Shown here piece after piece: positions 9,267 to 19,926 of a stretch of DNA of 46,530 nt (positions within the stretch are counted from its first letter, which is position 1; every line of letters begins with the position of its first letter). Source of the stretch: a virus. The stretch lies in IMG/VR virus record IMGVR_UViG_3300038701_001117, positions 1 through 46,530 of that record. One strand, given 5' to 3'. Position numbers and translations under genes: made by a program. Below the pieces are notes generated by a model. The model made no database searches, was not told where the DNA came from, and was given only the letters and a program-made list of their open reading frames with translations.

Positions 9267-9707
9267 ATGATTAAAGAGCCTATAAAGGATTGGGGACATA
9301 TGGATAATGTTCCTTCTATTGACCTAGGAAAGGAATCGACCAGATTGGGTGATAGTTCGCCAGGGAAGGCTCTTTTTATTAAACAGCAGACTCAGTTAAA
9401 TGAGCTGCTAAAAGAGTTATTAGAACCTATCTGCGATGTGGATAGGTTCGAAAGCTTACAATTACATATTCTACCTGCAGGAGACTCCGTAGGAGTACAT
9501 ACAGATAGAAATTGTAATGATCCAACATTAAGAGTATTTCATATAATCTACGAAACAAATGATGGATGTTGGATGAAATTTAAGGATACTAAAATGTATC
9601 TGAAAAAACATCATTTGTATGAAGTCAACTATTCATACCCTCATGAAACAAAAAACGAGGGAAATACAGACAGAATTAATTTATTTATGGAAGCGAGGAT
9701 TAAATAA
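9267..9707 (+). CDS. Aspartyl/asparaginyl beta-hydroxylase-like 2OG-Fe(II) oxygenase
   Basis: LPAGDSVGVHTDRN (HxD) ... LRVFHII ... YPHETKNEGNTDRINLFME (distal His, Arg) matches the Asp/Asn beta-hydroxylase family pattern. Confidence 0.55.
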   Translation: MIKEPIKDWGHMDNVPSIDLGKESTRLGDSSPGKALFIKQQTQLNELLKELLEPICDVDRFESLQLHILPAGDSVGVHTDRNCNDPTLRVFHIIYETNDGCWMKFKDTKMYLKKHHLYEVNYSYPHETKNEGNTDRINLFMEARIK

Positions 9708-10105
9708 TGGCACATGCTATTACAGTAACAACTTTAATGGATACATCAAATATGGCGAAGCTTCATGTGTATATAGATGGAGACAGTAGTGACTCTTCGG
9801 AAATAACAACTGCTGATACTGATGTTATTTTTGATGCTAGTGCCTTAAAAGGCGCAAACAATGCAGGAAGGATTCTAGAGATACGAGGCGCATTAGATGG
9901 TTTTAATGTACAATTGGACTATGACGGTAATACTCCGTTCCCAGCTGTAGTTTTACCAGCGGATTCAGATTTCCGCTTTAAACTGGGAGATATTCCAGGT
10001 AATCAAGCCAGTACTCCGAATGGTGATATTGTTATGTCAACCTTAGGATTAGCTAGCTCGAATGCAGAGGGATGGTTTACTATTCTAGTAAGGAAAGCTG
10101 ATTAA
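9707..10105 (+). CDS. Hypothetical virion-module protein
   Basis: ATGA-type coupling to neighbouring genes; no recognisable motif. Confidence 0.5.
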   Translation: MAHAITVTTLMDTSNMAKLHVYIDGDSSDSSEITTADTDVIFDASALKGANNAGRILEIRGALDGFNVQLDYDGNTPFPAVVLPADSDFRFKLGDIPGNQASTPNGDIVMSTLGLASSNAEGWFTILVRKAD

Positions 10106-10434
10106 TGAGGAAACATGTTAGAAAAAACAGTTTAACTACGTATGTCCCTTGGAAAAAAGGTACCTATAGAGTATACGATGATCTAACAGGCTGGCCTATG
10201 TTAAATACTGAAATGAAGGTTATGCATCTTTACTCAGGGAAAGGGAATCTTATAGCACATAAAGATATAGCATACCCAATAGACCCAAGCTTAGTTCCAT
10301 GGACTCCTCCAGTCGAAAGACCGGGCCCATATTTATCACGAACTAATCACAACAACACTACAGCAGCGGTTGGAGAATTAGACATCAGTACGACTGATCC
10401 TATGTCTATTAGTGACCCTGAAAACGAATTATAA
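10105..10434 (+). CDS. Hypothetical virion-module protein
   Basis: Translationally coupled ORF of 109 aa; no recognisable motif. Confidence 0.5.
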   Translation: MRKHVRKNSLTTYVPWKKGTYRVYDDLTGWPMLNTEMKVMHLYSGKGNLIAHKDIAYPIDPSLVPWTPPVERPGPYLSRTNHNNTTAAVGELDISTTDPMSISDPENEL

Positions 10435-10444
10435 GAGGTAATAC

Positions 10445-11389
10445 ATGGCAACATCAGGAAGTTATAATTTTGCCTTAACACGGGACAATCTTATTAAACG
10501 CTCCTATAGGAAGTGTAACCTATTAGCAGCTAATGAGACTTTACCTTCATATCTAATAGAGGAAGGTGTAGACTTATTAAATATGTTATTGAAATTCTGG
10601 CAGAGTAGAAACTTATTCTTATGGAATAGAAAAGAAGCTACTTTATTCACAGCATATCAAGATTATGAATACACACTAGGGCCTACAGGTGACCATTGTA
10701 CCGAGTCCTATGTGAGTACACAAGTTGCTACCGCAGCAAGCTCAGGAGCATCAACTATCGTCCTGGATTCCACAACGGGAATGACTGCAGCAGATAACGT
10801 TGGGATTGAGCTCGATACAGGCGTTCGACAATGGACTACCATTGCAAGCGTTGATGACTCCACTACTTTAACCTTAGATGATACTTTAGATGGTGCTGTA
10901 GCCGTTGATAATTATGTAGTCACATATACTACGAAAATACAACGCCCTTTAAAGATATTGAATATACGATCTGCTAAACTAAATTCTGATACTGAAATAA
11001 CAATGAAGGATTTAAATTATGATCGTTTCTATGAGTTACCAAATAAGAAATCAGATGTTACAGGAAATGTTTCTTCTTGGATGTACGACAGAAAACTAAC
11101 TAATGGTAAATTATTTTTATATGGACGTCCAGCGGATGTTGATATTATATTAAATTTAACCTATTATGAACCAATTGAAGACATGGATGCAGCCAGTGAT
11201 GATTTTGAATTTCCACAAGAGTATCAATTACCCTTGTATTATGGTTTAGCTGCTTTAATTGCAGATGCTCATAATTTAGTGGAACTATTACCTAATCTTC
11301 AGAAAGAATCAGAAAAATATGTGGCTCTTATGTCCCATTGGGATTCTGACGATGGTAGTATTTTTATTTACCCAAGTTCCATGACATAA
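10445..11389 (+). CDS. Head-to-tail adaptor (P22 gp4-like N-terminus, extended)
   Basis: Position before the tail hub; the N-terminal helix pattern (LTRDNLIKRSYRKCNLL...VDLLNMLLKFWQ) resembles my recollection of gp4-type adaptors. Confidence 0.4.
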   Translation: MATSGSYNFALTRDNLIKRSYRKCNLLAANETLPSYLIEEGVDLLNMLLKFWQSRNLFLWNRKEATLFTAYQDYEYTLGPTGDHCTESYVSTQVATAASSGASTIVLDSTTGMTAADNVGIELDTGVRQWTTIASVDDSTTLTLDDTLDGAVAVDNYVVTYTTKIQRPLKILNIRSAKLNSDTEITMKDLNYDRFYELPNKKSDVTGNVSSWMYDRKLTNGKLFLYGRPADVDIILNLTYYEPIEDMDAASDDFEFPQEYQLPLYYGLAALIADAHNLVELLPNLQKESEKYVALMSHWDSDDGSIFIYPSSMT

Positions 11390-11399
11390 GAGAGATATT

Positions 11400-12884
11400 A
11401 TGAAGGTTAATTTATTAGGCGGTAATTACAGACATAAATATAAAGCTTGGAATAGTCAAGAATGTATCAACTGGTATCCAGTATATCAGACTGCCGTGGA
11501 GAAAAATAAATCATCTATTGCTTTATTTCCGACTCCTGGGTTAACCGAATTCTGTGACTTAACGGGAACCTCTATTAGAGGGTTAATTGTTGTTGATACT
11601 ATTAATGTGTATAGAGCATTTGCTGTTTGTGGAAAAACATTATACGAAATAGGAAAAGACGCATCTTTTACGTCAATGGGCACCTTAAGTTCGTTCCTAG
11701 ATGGAACAGACTCAAAAGTCAGTATGGAGGTAAATAACTCAAACCAATTATATATTGCAGACTCTGCTGCGGGATATGTTTTTAATCTATTGACTGATAC
11801 TTTAACTGAGATTACTGATGCTCAATATGTTGCGGGGAATACCTCGGGATATTTGGACGGTTATATCTTTACGGTTGCTAATGATGCCTCAGGTTCCAGT
11901 AATGAGGGGAGAATTTGGTTTAGTGATATAAGCGACGCAAGTGCTTGGTCCGGGAATGTTATTGATCCAAGCTTTGCATCAGATAAAGCACAGGCTATAG
12001 GTATTGTTAATGACAATTTAGCTTTCATTAATACTAATAGTACAACTGTTTACCGTAATGACGGTACCAATCCTTTTAGTGAGATTTCAGGTTCCACTAC
12101 ACAAATAGGAACAAGAGCCCCTAACTCAGTCGTTTCATTTAAAGAAGGTGTAGTATGGTTAGGTGGGTCTCGTTTAGGTGAAGTTGCAGTTTATTTCCTT
12201 TCAAGAGATTATACTATCCAACAAATATCTCCACCATCTATAACATGGCAATTAAATAATAAAATCAATACTTCAGATGCAGAAGGATTTATTCAACACA
12301 CGAAAGATGGTCATTTGTTTTATTATTTAACTGTACCAGCTTTAGAAACAACTTATGTATATAATTTCATTACAAAGGAATGGCATCAAAGAAAGAGCAG
12401 AAGAGGCTTCCCTACTCAGCAAGGCGAAAACCTTCAATATAGATTCAGAGGAAGGAATTATATTAATTTCCATGGAATGAACTTATTTGGAGACTGGTAT
12501 AGCGGAAAAATCTTTAAAGAAGATTACGATGTATATACCGAAGACTCTCAAATAATTACTAGAGTTTTTTCTTCTCCTGTATATACTGAGGAGAAAAGAC
12601 AAATGCTAATTAATAGTATTGAACTAGATTGTCATTCAGGAGAAGGGGCCACTACAGGACAAGGCGTTGAACCTATTTTAGAATTTAGAAAATCTACAGA
12701 TGGCGGAAGGACCTATAATAACCCACGTATAGTATATTTAAACAGATTAGGACAACGAGAAAATAGAGTTAGATTAACACAATTAGGGAGCGCAAGGGAT
12801 TGGCATGTATCGTTCACGCTTACTGACCCAATAGATTTGGCAGTATTTGACGTTTATGTACACGGTATAGTAGGGGCAATTTAA
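11400..12884 (+). CDS. Tail hub / packaged-DNA stabilisation protein (P22 gp10-like)
   Basis: 494 aa; segments YRAFAVCGKTLYEIG and STDGGRTYNNPR...VRLTQLG resemble the P22 gp10 family as recalled; synteny after the adaptor. Confidence 0.5.
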   Translation: MKVNLLGGNYRHKYKAWNSQECINWYPVYQTAVEKNKSSIALFPTPGLTEFCDLTGTSIRGLIVVDTINVYRAFAVCGKTLYEIGKDASFTSMGTLSSFLDGTDSKVSMEVNNSNQLYIADSAAGYVFNLLTDTLTEITDAQYVAGNTSGYLDGYIFTVANDASGSSNEGRIWFSDISDASAWSGNVIDPSFASDKAQAIGIVNDNLAFINTNSTTVYRNDGTNPFSEISGSTTQIGTRAPNSVVSFKEGVVWLGGSRLGEVAVYFLSRDYTIQQISPPSITWQLNNKINTSDAEGFIQHTKDGHLFYYLTVPALETTYVYNFITKEWHQRKSRRGFPTQQGENLQYRFRGRNYINFHGMNLFGDWYSGKIFKEDYDVYTEDSQIITRVFSSPVYTEEKRQMLINSIELDCHSGEGATTGQGVEPILEFRKSTDGGRTYNNPRIVYLNRLGQRENRVRLTQLGSARDWHVSFTLTDPIDLAVFDVYVHGIVGAI

Positions 12885-14731
12885 TGACCGTCCTTTCGCC
12901 GACTAAAACAATACCAGCTCTAAATCAGAGATTTGTAACTGATGAGATGAAACCAACTCAGTTATGGTATGATTGGTTATTTTTAATCGGAGACCAGTCT
13001 GTTATTGATCTACCAGATTTAGAAGATGTAGCAGTAACCTCACCTAGTGCAGGGGATGTATTAATTTATAATGCTACATCTGGTGTTTGGAATAATTCCT
13101 CATTAACAGCAGCAGGCGGTATAGATATCACTAATGCGGATGCTAGTGTTACTATATCTTCAATTGATTGGACTAATACAACTGAGGATTTCCTAACTAC
13201 AGGTACAGCTGATATTGGTAATATTAATATTGATACTAATACTATTTCTGCTACTAATTCTCATGGGAATATAATTTTAACTCCTAACGGGAATGGTAAC
13301 GTAGATATTTATAGCGCAGAATTAGAAAGCTCTGGTATTAATATTAATGGTACTACTTATTCAAATGCATTAAGGATAAATGATTTCGGAGGCAGTAATG
13401 ACGGAATGTTACATTTACACCGTCATTCAACTACACTACCAACCTCGATTTTAGGTTCAAGATCTAACAGTGATACGACGGGTCATACTGCTGTCACTAA
13501 TGGTCAACAAATGATGAGAGTCGCTGCTACAGGGTGGACAGGGACACATTATGATTTTGTAGCTGATATATTATTTAAGACTTCATCTAGCGGTACAATT
13601 AGTGGGACCAGTTCACCAGGAGCATTAGTCTTCAGAACAGTTCCAGATGGAAGCAATAACCCAGCTACAGTGCTTACATTAGATGAAGATAAAAGTGCCA
13701 CCTTTGCGGGGGCGCTTACTGCCAGTACTACTATTGACTTTGGGTCTGCTTCAAGTCTAGAGATACCAAATAGTGCTACTCCTACAGTAGATGCCGATGG
13801 AGAAATAGCTGTAGATACTACAGTAACAGACTTCTCAGCTGGTGTATTAAAATATTATAGCGGTGAAGAGATGGGTGTAGTGGCAATGCCTATAGCTCAA
13901 TTTACATCACCTACAGACGGATACGTAGTAGCTTATAATGCAACAACTGATGAATTTGAATTAGTATCCGCAGGGTCAGGAGGCGGCGCTCCAACTGACG
14001 CACAGTATGTAACACTGTCAACAGATGGTACTTTATCAGATGAAAGAGTCTTAACTGCTGGTGAAGCGATTGACTTTACAGATGGTGGAGCTGGTTCGAC
14101 TTTAACTATTGACTGTGAAGATGCCTCGACAACAAATAAAGGCGTCGTAGAGTTATCTACTGATGCTGAGGTTGCAACAGGAACTAGTACTTCATTGGTA
14201 CCTACAGTAGACCAACTGGGTTGGGTACTTATATCAACGGCTACAGCATCCGCAAGTTCAACAATTGAATTCACTAATCTGTCCAGTACCTATCATAAAT
14301 ATGTGGTTGTAATAACTGATGTTGATGTTAGTAATGATAATACTCAGTTTAATATGAGAACCAGTACAGATAATGGAAGTACCTGGGATTCAGGAGGTAC
14401 AGATTATGATTGGGCATATATTTATAGACGATCTAATAATACTCAGGCAAACGGTGGTGCTGAAGATGATGACCATATTGAGTTCTTCCAATTTGTAGGT
14501 AGTGGAACTAATGAGTTATGGGCAGCAAATGTAGAGATATTTGGACATGCAGATTCTGAATATACATTTGCATTATGTAACTTTACTAAATCTGATACAG
14601 CTAATAGATATAATATTGGATTTTCAGGAGGACGTAGAGTAAGTGCAGCAGATGTTGATGCAATACAATTTTATATGTCAGCCGGTACATTTACTACCGG
14701 GACATTTAAACTTTATGGAGTTAAAGCATAA
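12884..14731 (+). CDS. Tail fibre / receptor-binding protein
   Basis: 615 aa, Thr/Ser/Gly/Asn-rich repetitive sequence; lies directly after the tail hub. Confidence 0.6.
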   Translation: MTVLSPTKTIPALNQRFVTDEMKPTQLWYDWLFLIGDQSVIDLPDLEDVAVTSPSAGDVLIYNATSGVWNNSSLTAAGGIDITNADASVTISSIDWTNTTEDFLTTGTADIGNINIDTNTISATNSHGNIILTPNGNGNVDIYSAELESSGININGTTYSNALRINDFGGSNDGMLHLHRHSTTLPTSILGSRSNSDTTGHTAVTNGQQMMRVAATGWTGTHYDFVADILFKTSSSGTISGTSSPGALVFRTVPDGSNNPATVLTLDEDKSATFAGALTASTTIDFGSASSLEIPNSATPTVDADGEIAVDTTVTDFSAGVLKYYSGEEMGVVAMPIAQFTSPTDGYVVAYNATTDEFELVSAGSGGGAPTDAQYVTLSTDGTLSDERVLTAGEAIDFTDGGAGSTLTIDCEDASTTNKGVVELSTDAEVATGTSTSLVPTVDQLGWVLISTATASASSTIEFTNLSSTYHKYVVVITDVDVSNDNTQFNMRTSTDNGSTWDSGGTDYDWAYIYRRSNNTQANGGAEDDDHIEFFQFVGSGTNELWAANVEIFGHADSEYTFALCNFTKSDTANRYNIGFSGGRRVSAADVDAIQFYMSAGTFTTGTFKLYGVKA

Positions 14732-15027
14732 TGGCAAATAAAATAGTTAATGGTCGACTAGTTGAGATAGATGATGAAGAAAACAGGGAATTTGAAAAGT
14801 TTCGTCGTAAAGGATACGAACGATTTCTACAAGAAGAGTATAAACATCATCGTAAAGAAGCGTATCCAGATATTGGAGATCAATTGGATGCTTTATTTAA
14901 ACATTTTATACATAATAAAGAAACTTTAGCCCCAGAGTTAAAATCAATAATAAAAACATGGGCCAAAGTAAAAGAAGATTTTCCAAAACTTAATGGAAAA
15001 ATAAACAAAGATAAAGAGAGGAAATAA
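14731..15027 (+). CDS. Hypothetical protein
   Basis: 98 aa, charged; coupled (ATGA-type) to the fibre gene. Confidence 0.5.
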   Translation: MANKIVNGRLVEIDDEENREFEKFRRKGYERFLQEEYKHHRKEAYPDIGDQLDALFKHFIHNKETLAPELKSIIKTWAKVKEDFPKLNGKINKDKERK

Positions 15028-15476
15028 TGAATATAGAATTTATACAAGGCGGTCATTCTTCAGAACGATACGATACTCTACCAGTAGTCAAGAAGACCTC
15101 TGATTCTAGTAAACGTGTCTTGTTTTCTCATAGAGTATTAAACTTGAAAGCAGGTGACGTTATTCAAGTCCTAGGGGAATCGCAGATTACTAATGACTTA
15201 GGGTACAACGTAATGGTAAAGAAAGGTGTGCGACTAGGTTCTTTTGAAGACGATGTGAACGGAAAAGAAATAACGGAATATAATGGAGATAATATAACTC
15301 CAGCTATTCATCATAAAATATATCCAGTAAATGGAATGTATGTTCTCCCTAGGGATTATGATGAAGCTTATATTAATTGGATATTTTATGCTGCTAGTAC
15401 TGGCGCCCAAAGCGGACACACAGTAAAAGTAGATAATGATACTGGACGATTTAATTTAATAGTTTTTAGAAAGTAG
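15027..15476 (+). CDS. Hypothetical protein
   Basis: 149-aa ORF in the late operon. Confidence 0.5.
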   Translation: MNIEFIQGGHSSERYDTLPVVKKTSDSSKRVLFSHRVLNLKAGDVIQVLGESQITNDLGYNVMVKKGVRLGSFEDDVNGKEITEYNGDNITPAIHHKIYPVNGMYVLPRDYDEAYINWIFYAASTGAQSGHTVKVDNDTGRFNLIVFRK

Positions 15477-15479
15477 ATT

Positions 15480-15914
15480 ATGAGAAAAATAAATATAATA
15501 ACTGACCCAATTAAAATAAAACGAGAAGTTATGAAAGATGATCTAAGTCAGGCTATGGGGGTAACTGGATCAATCCAACAGTGGAGACCAGCACTAGATG
15601 ATACTCTCTGGATTCAATTAATTGAGGATAATAAAGCTATTGGTCTTTTAGCAGTAAAACCGATGACAGATGCATCAGCTACATTTCATGGTGGAGTATT
15701 CCGGAATTTCCGGAAAGGTAATGCCGAAGTAGCATTAAAAGATTATTTAAATCAAATTAGAAAACTTATCCCAATAAAAGTATTTTGGACAACAGTAAAC
15801 AAAGATAACAAAAGAGTTATTGATATGTTGAAGCGGGGTAAGTTTAAATTAAGGGGAATTATCCCTAACGGATATATGGACAGTGATATGTTAATTTATA
15901 GTGAGGAAAGATAA
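15480..15914 (+). CDS. Hypothetical protein (weak GNAT-fold resemblance)
   Basis: 144 aa. The pattern LLAVKP...FHGGVFRNFRKGNAEVAL...KFKLRGIIPNGY is loosely acetyltransferase-like; the function call is low confidence. Confidence 0.3.
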   Translation: MRKINIITDPIKIKREVMKDDLSQAMGVTGSIQQWRPALDDTLWIQLIEDNKAIGLLAVKPMTDASATFHGGVFRNFRKGNAEVALKDYLNQIRKLIPIKVFWTTVNKDNKRVIDMLKRGKFKLRGIIPNGYMDSDMLIYSEER

Positions 15915-16756
15915 TGGGTGGAACAGCAGGCGCAATTGCAGGTATTGCGGGTTCAGCTATCAGCGCGTTTGGCGGCGGAGGCGGCGACGGAGGTTCAATT
16001 GATGTGGACACCGATGCTGCAGTATCAAGAGCTAATGCGATTCTTGATCAATCTTTAGATGATGCTTTACAATACACGGAAGGGAACACTAATACTGCAA
16101 TTGATACAATTCAAGATTTTTATATGCAGTCTAGACGTGATGCGCGAGAAGGATTTGAAACTAGCCAAGGGTTATTAGCGCCATATCGAAAAGCATCCTA
16201 TGATGCCTTAGATATGTATTTAGATACTCTTGGTCAAGTTAGACCTGAGAGCTCTTTTGAAGTAGGTGAAGCAATGGCAGGAGCAGCTCAGAAGAGATCT
16301 CTAGAAGGACAAATGGAAGAATTAGCACATCGAATATCAGCACAAGACCCAGATAGATGGGGAGCGCGGGGAGCGTTTGCAGGTAGCGGAGGCTATCAGT
16401 CGCCAGAGCAAGTACAACAAGCTATTGATAAAGGGGACCTTACACCTGATCAAGCTGTTCTTCATAAACTAAGATTAGAAGCTGCTCAAAAAGGCGAATC
16501 TAACAGGGACCCAATTGAATTCTTAAAATATTATACACAACGGGTGCCTATGCTTTATGCTCATGGAAAATCTTCTACTTTAAATGAAGTTAAGCAAGAT
16601 GGTGAGCAGTATAGTTTTGATAACAATATGTTAAGAGAAGTTAGACCTTTACTACAGCAATACGAAACATTATTAGGAGAACAATATTCTCCAGAACGGT
16701 ATGGATTGGCTCAAGCATTTCAAACGGGCCAAATGTCAGCCCCAAAAATTATATAA
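15914..16756 (+). CDS. Internal virion / ejection protein (N-terminal Gly-zipper)
   Basis: MGGTAGAIAGIAGSAISAFGGGGGDGG N-terminus; position in the late operon after the fibre genes. Confidence 0.45.
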   Translation: MGGTAGAIAGIAGSAISAFGGGGGDGGSIDVDTDAAVSRANAILDQSLDDALQYTEGNTNTAIDTIQDFYMQSRRDAREGFETSQGLLAPYRKASYDALDMYLDTLGQVRPESSFEVGEAMAGAAQKRSLEGQMEELAHRISAQDPDRWGARGAFAGSGGYQSPEQVQQAIDKGDLTPDQAVLHKLRLEAAQKGESNRDPIEFLKYYTQRVPMLYAHGKSSTLNEVKQDGEQYSFDNNMLREVRPLLQQYETLLGEQYSPERYGLAQAFQTGQMSAPKII

Positions 16757-16774
16757 ACAAAGGAGAATAGAATA

Positions 16775-17611
16775 ATGATGATGAATGAAGGATTAGGTCG
16801 ATTTCTCCCTAGTTATAGAAATCAATATAACATAGACAGGTACGGTAATCCTGTAGAAGAAGGTTTCGGGGATGACTATGAACAACAATTAGCGCAATAT
16901 GCAGCCCAAAGAGGGAATGTTATTGGACCTCAACTACAAGAGTTTAAAGGCATAAGGAATCCTTATTTAGACCAAGAAGCCACTGAAGTTCCTATGGTAC
17001 AGGCCCAACCTAGTACTGTGTTAGGTAGAATATTTGATCTACCCTCTTATCAATTGATGTTTGGAGCAGGTCCTCAATCAATGGACCCAGCGTTGAGATT
17101 TAGATTTGACCCTGGTTATCAATTTGCGCAAGATGAAGGACTAAGACAAATAGCCCAAAACTCTTCAGCACAAGGATTATTAGGTTCTACCTCAATGGTA
17201 GACCGGATGTTGGAACGATCTCAAGGATTTGCAGATCAAAACTATCAAAGGTGGTTGAGTCAACAAGCCGGGGTATACTCCGATTATCAGAATCGTTTAC
17301 AGGGCTTAATGGGAATGGGGCCAGCGGTATCAGGTGCAGATAATGCTATGGCACTTGGTGGAGCACTATCACAAGGAACTTTAGGTACTGGTGGTGATAT
17401 CGGAGGCTTGTACGCTAATCAAGGGGTATTTGGAGGTAGTGGTATGCTGAATACAGGTGCCGCACAATCAGGTAATATTATGCAAGGATTAGGTATCCAA
17501 GCCCAAGTAGCTGCCGCTAATGCAGCGGGTTCAGGCGGCGGCGGAGGTACCCTCGGTGGTATCGGTTCCGTCCTAAGCGGTGTAGGTAACTTATTTGGAG
17601 GTAGATTCTAA
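16775..17611 (+). CDS. Internal virion / ejection protein (C-terminal Gly-rich)
   Basis: AAGGAG RBS; C-terminus GSGGGGGTLGGIGSVLSGVGNLFGG. Confidence 0.45.
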   Translation: MMMNEGLGRFLPSYRNQYNIDRYGNPVEEGFGDDYEQQLAQYAAQRGNVIGPQLQEFKGIRNPYLDQEATEVPMVQAQPSTVLGRIFDLPSYQLMFGAGPQSMDPALRFRFDPGYQFAQDEGLRQIAQNSSAQGLLGSTSMVDRMLERSQGFADQNYQRWLSQQAGVYSDYQNRLQGLMGMGPAVSGADNAMALGGALSQGTLGTGGDIGGLYANQGVFGGSGMLNTGAAQSGNIMQGLGIQAQVAAANAAGSGGGGGTLGGIGSVLSGVGNLFGGRF

Positions 17612-18930
17612 TGGCGATACCAGTTAATCCAGGAAACTTTTCAGGCTTAGCAGCAGTAGCTGGGAGAGGTGCTCCTAATTTAAGTCTTCCTATCCCAGGC
17701 TCACAGGCACAAAAAGCTGCTCTAGCTAGAGAAGGCCTTTTAGCTCAAGTGTCTGAGAATAGACAAAATAGGGATCTAGAACGAGAGAAACTTGCAGCAG
17801 CTCAGCAGGCTAGACAAACTATGACACCTTATCAACAAGCTCAAGTATCGCATCAGCAGCAAGGTTATCAATTACAAAAAGAAAAATTACAATTACAACA
17901 AAAAGCAATGATGGAAGAGATTAATGGACGTGCCATTCAACAAGTTGAAAGCGAAGAAAAGGATACCATCGAAGCCAAAGCTATGGCTGCTTCTGGGTAC
18001 CTCTCTATGGCGGAAGAAGATAAGAATAGTGGGGAAACTAGACAAGCTTTAGTCGCTGCCGGGGTTCAACAAGGATGGTGGAGCGAAGAAGAAAGTCAAG
18101 CATTACTAGAGATGCCAAGAGAACAGTTTGATGTTTTAGCTAAATCTATGTTATTACAAAGTACTCAAGCCTTGAAGATCCATGGTCAAATGAAGAAAAA
18201 GGCAGAAAGTAGTGCTGAAAAACGTATATATGATCCTGAAACAGGTCAACTTGTTTATGAGACTATGCCTGCTACGAAACCTAATATTAATAAAACACAA
18301 GAAGAAATAGGAAGTCTCGAAGAAACAGCAGCGAATATCGACGTTATAGACCAGAAGTTCGATAGATCTTATTTTGGTCCATGGGCTGAGTATCTAAAGA
18401 CCCCAGTATTGAATACAGCCAGTGGTGTATATAATGCTATTGAAGATATCTCAGGCGGAGATACAACGATACGCCTAGATAAAGACAATGCAGAATGGTT
18501 AACGAGTCGGGCTAATTTTAAAGCTGACTTAATGAGAACAGCAATGGTATTAATCAAACAGCTCTCAGGTGTTCAATACTCAGATAAACAATTAGAATTT
18601 ATGTTTGAGTTTATTCCAGATATCAAAACAGATTCACCTGAAACTGCAGAAGGTAAGATACAATCTCTCAAAGAAGGTTTAAAACGTTCTAGAGGGTTGA
18701 AAGAAGACATCCTAAAAGAAGGGTACAAAGTAGGAAGTCCAGCATATCAAAAAGAATACCTTAGACGAATGAAAGAAAATATTACTACAGGAACTTCTGA
18801 TACTGGTGCTACTTACATGAAAGATGGTAAAACATATTCAATGGATACCATTAAAAGTGCAGCAGATAAATTAGGTATAACTCCACAAGAACTAATCAGA
18901 CAAAGAGGGTTAGAACAATATGCTAAATAA
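17611..18930 (+). CDS. Internal virion / ejection protein (Q-rich coiled coil)
   Basis: 439 aa with Q/E/K-rich central helices; ATGA overlap with the upstream gene. Confidence 0.4.
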   Translation: MAIPVNPGNFSGLAAVAGRGAPNLSLPIPGSQAQKAALAREGLLAQVSENRQNRDLEREKLAAAQQARQTMTPYQQAQVSHQQQGYQLQKEKLQLQQKAMMEEINGRAIQQVESEEKDTIEAKAMAASGYLSMAEEDKNSGETRQALVAAGVQQGWWSEEESQALLEMPREQFDVLAKSMLLQSTQALKIHGQMKKKAESSAEKRIYDPETGQLVYETMPATKPNINKTQEEIGSLEETAANIDVIDQKFDRSYFGPWAEYLKTPVLNTASGVYNAIEDISGGDTTIRLDKDNAEWLTSRANFKADLMRTAMVLIKQLSGVQYSDKQLEFMFEFIPDIKTDSPETAEGKIQSLKEGLKRSRGLKEDILKEGYKVGSPAYQKEYLRRMKENITTGTSDTGATYMKDGKTYSMDTIKSAADKLGITPQELIRQRGLEQYAK

Positions 18931-19921
18931 TATAATAGATGGAATTGGAGGAGCAGTAGGAGGTCTATTCGAAGGGATTGGTAATGCTGCAGGAGGGTTA
19001 GCTAGCGGTGTAGGGTCACTATTAGGCGGGCTACCAGGTTCTTCGCAACCGTCGCAGAATATGCAACAGTCTCCTCCTATGGATATGGGTCAGCCTCCTA
19101 ATCAAATGATTGACCCTAAACAATTCATGGTACCGAGATCTGACCGGTTTAATCGATTCAATGATATGGGTATTCAGCGGCAACCTTATAATCCTAATCA
19201 AGATCCTATGGCAGGAGCACAACAACTACCTCGGAACCCTAGGCAACCATCTGAAATACAGAGACCTATTATGAATCTTGGAGGACAGCAACGACCTAAA
19301 GCTAATCCTAGAGCGGGGTTGGAGAATCCTGTATTCAAAGATTTCTTAAATACAATGCCAGAAAATGTACGGGATAAGTTTGTCAATAGAGGGATGACAT
19401 TAAGCCCTCAAGGATTACAGAAGATCTTTCCTAATGCAGATCCTAAGATCGTAAAGACACTCACAGATAGTAGTGATCTTCTAAAAGAATATGGAATTGA
19501 TACGCCTCAACGGATGAGGCACTTTTTAGCTCAAATGGGGCATGAGTCTGGGAACTTCAAATACTTAAAAGAATTAGGTAGTCCTGGTTATTTTAATAAG
19601 TATGAAGGAAGAAAAAGCCTAGGCAATACTCAACCAGGTGACGGTGCTCGTTATAAAGGGCGAGGTATTATTCAGTTAACTGGTAGATATAATTATAAAA
19701 AATATGGAGATAAGCTTGGTATTGATCTAGTCAATAATCCAGAGCTTGCTTCTAATCCTGATGTAGCACTTCGTATTGCAGCACAGTATTGGAAGGATAA
19801 AGGATTAAATAAACTAGCCGATAACGATGATCTTAGAGGTATCACTAAAAGAATTAATGGTGGACACAACGGATTAAGACATAGGCAGAAACTATACACG
19901 AACCTTGGAGGTATGTTTTAA
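18920..19921 (+). CDS. Virion-associated peptidoglycan hydrolase: Gly-zipper + P/Q/N-rich linker + GH19 lysozyme domain
   Basis: C-terminal HFLAQMGHESGNFKYLKELG...YKGRGIIQLTGRYNY...ITKRINGG is the GH19 (chitinase-like) endolysin signature; N-terminus GIGGAVGGLFEGIGNAAGGLASGVGSLLGG. Confidence 0.75.
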   Translation: MLNNIIDGIGGAVGGLFEGIGNAAGGLASGVGSLLGGLPGSSQPSQNMQQSPPMDMGQPPNQMIDPKQFMVPRSDRFNRFNDMGIQRQPYNPNQDPMAGAQQLPRNPRQPSEIQRPIMNLGGQQRPKANPRAGLENPVFKDFLNTMPENVRDKFVNRGMTLSPQGLQKIFPNADPKIVKTLTDSSDLLKEYGIDTPQRMRHFLAQMGHESGNFKYLKELGSPGYFNKYEGRKSLGNTQPGDGARYKGRGIIQLTGRYNYKKYGDKLGIDLVNNPELASNPDVALRIAAQYWKDKGLNKLADNDDLRGITKRINGGHNGLRHRQKLYTNLGGMF

Positions 19922-19926
19922 AACTC

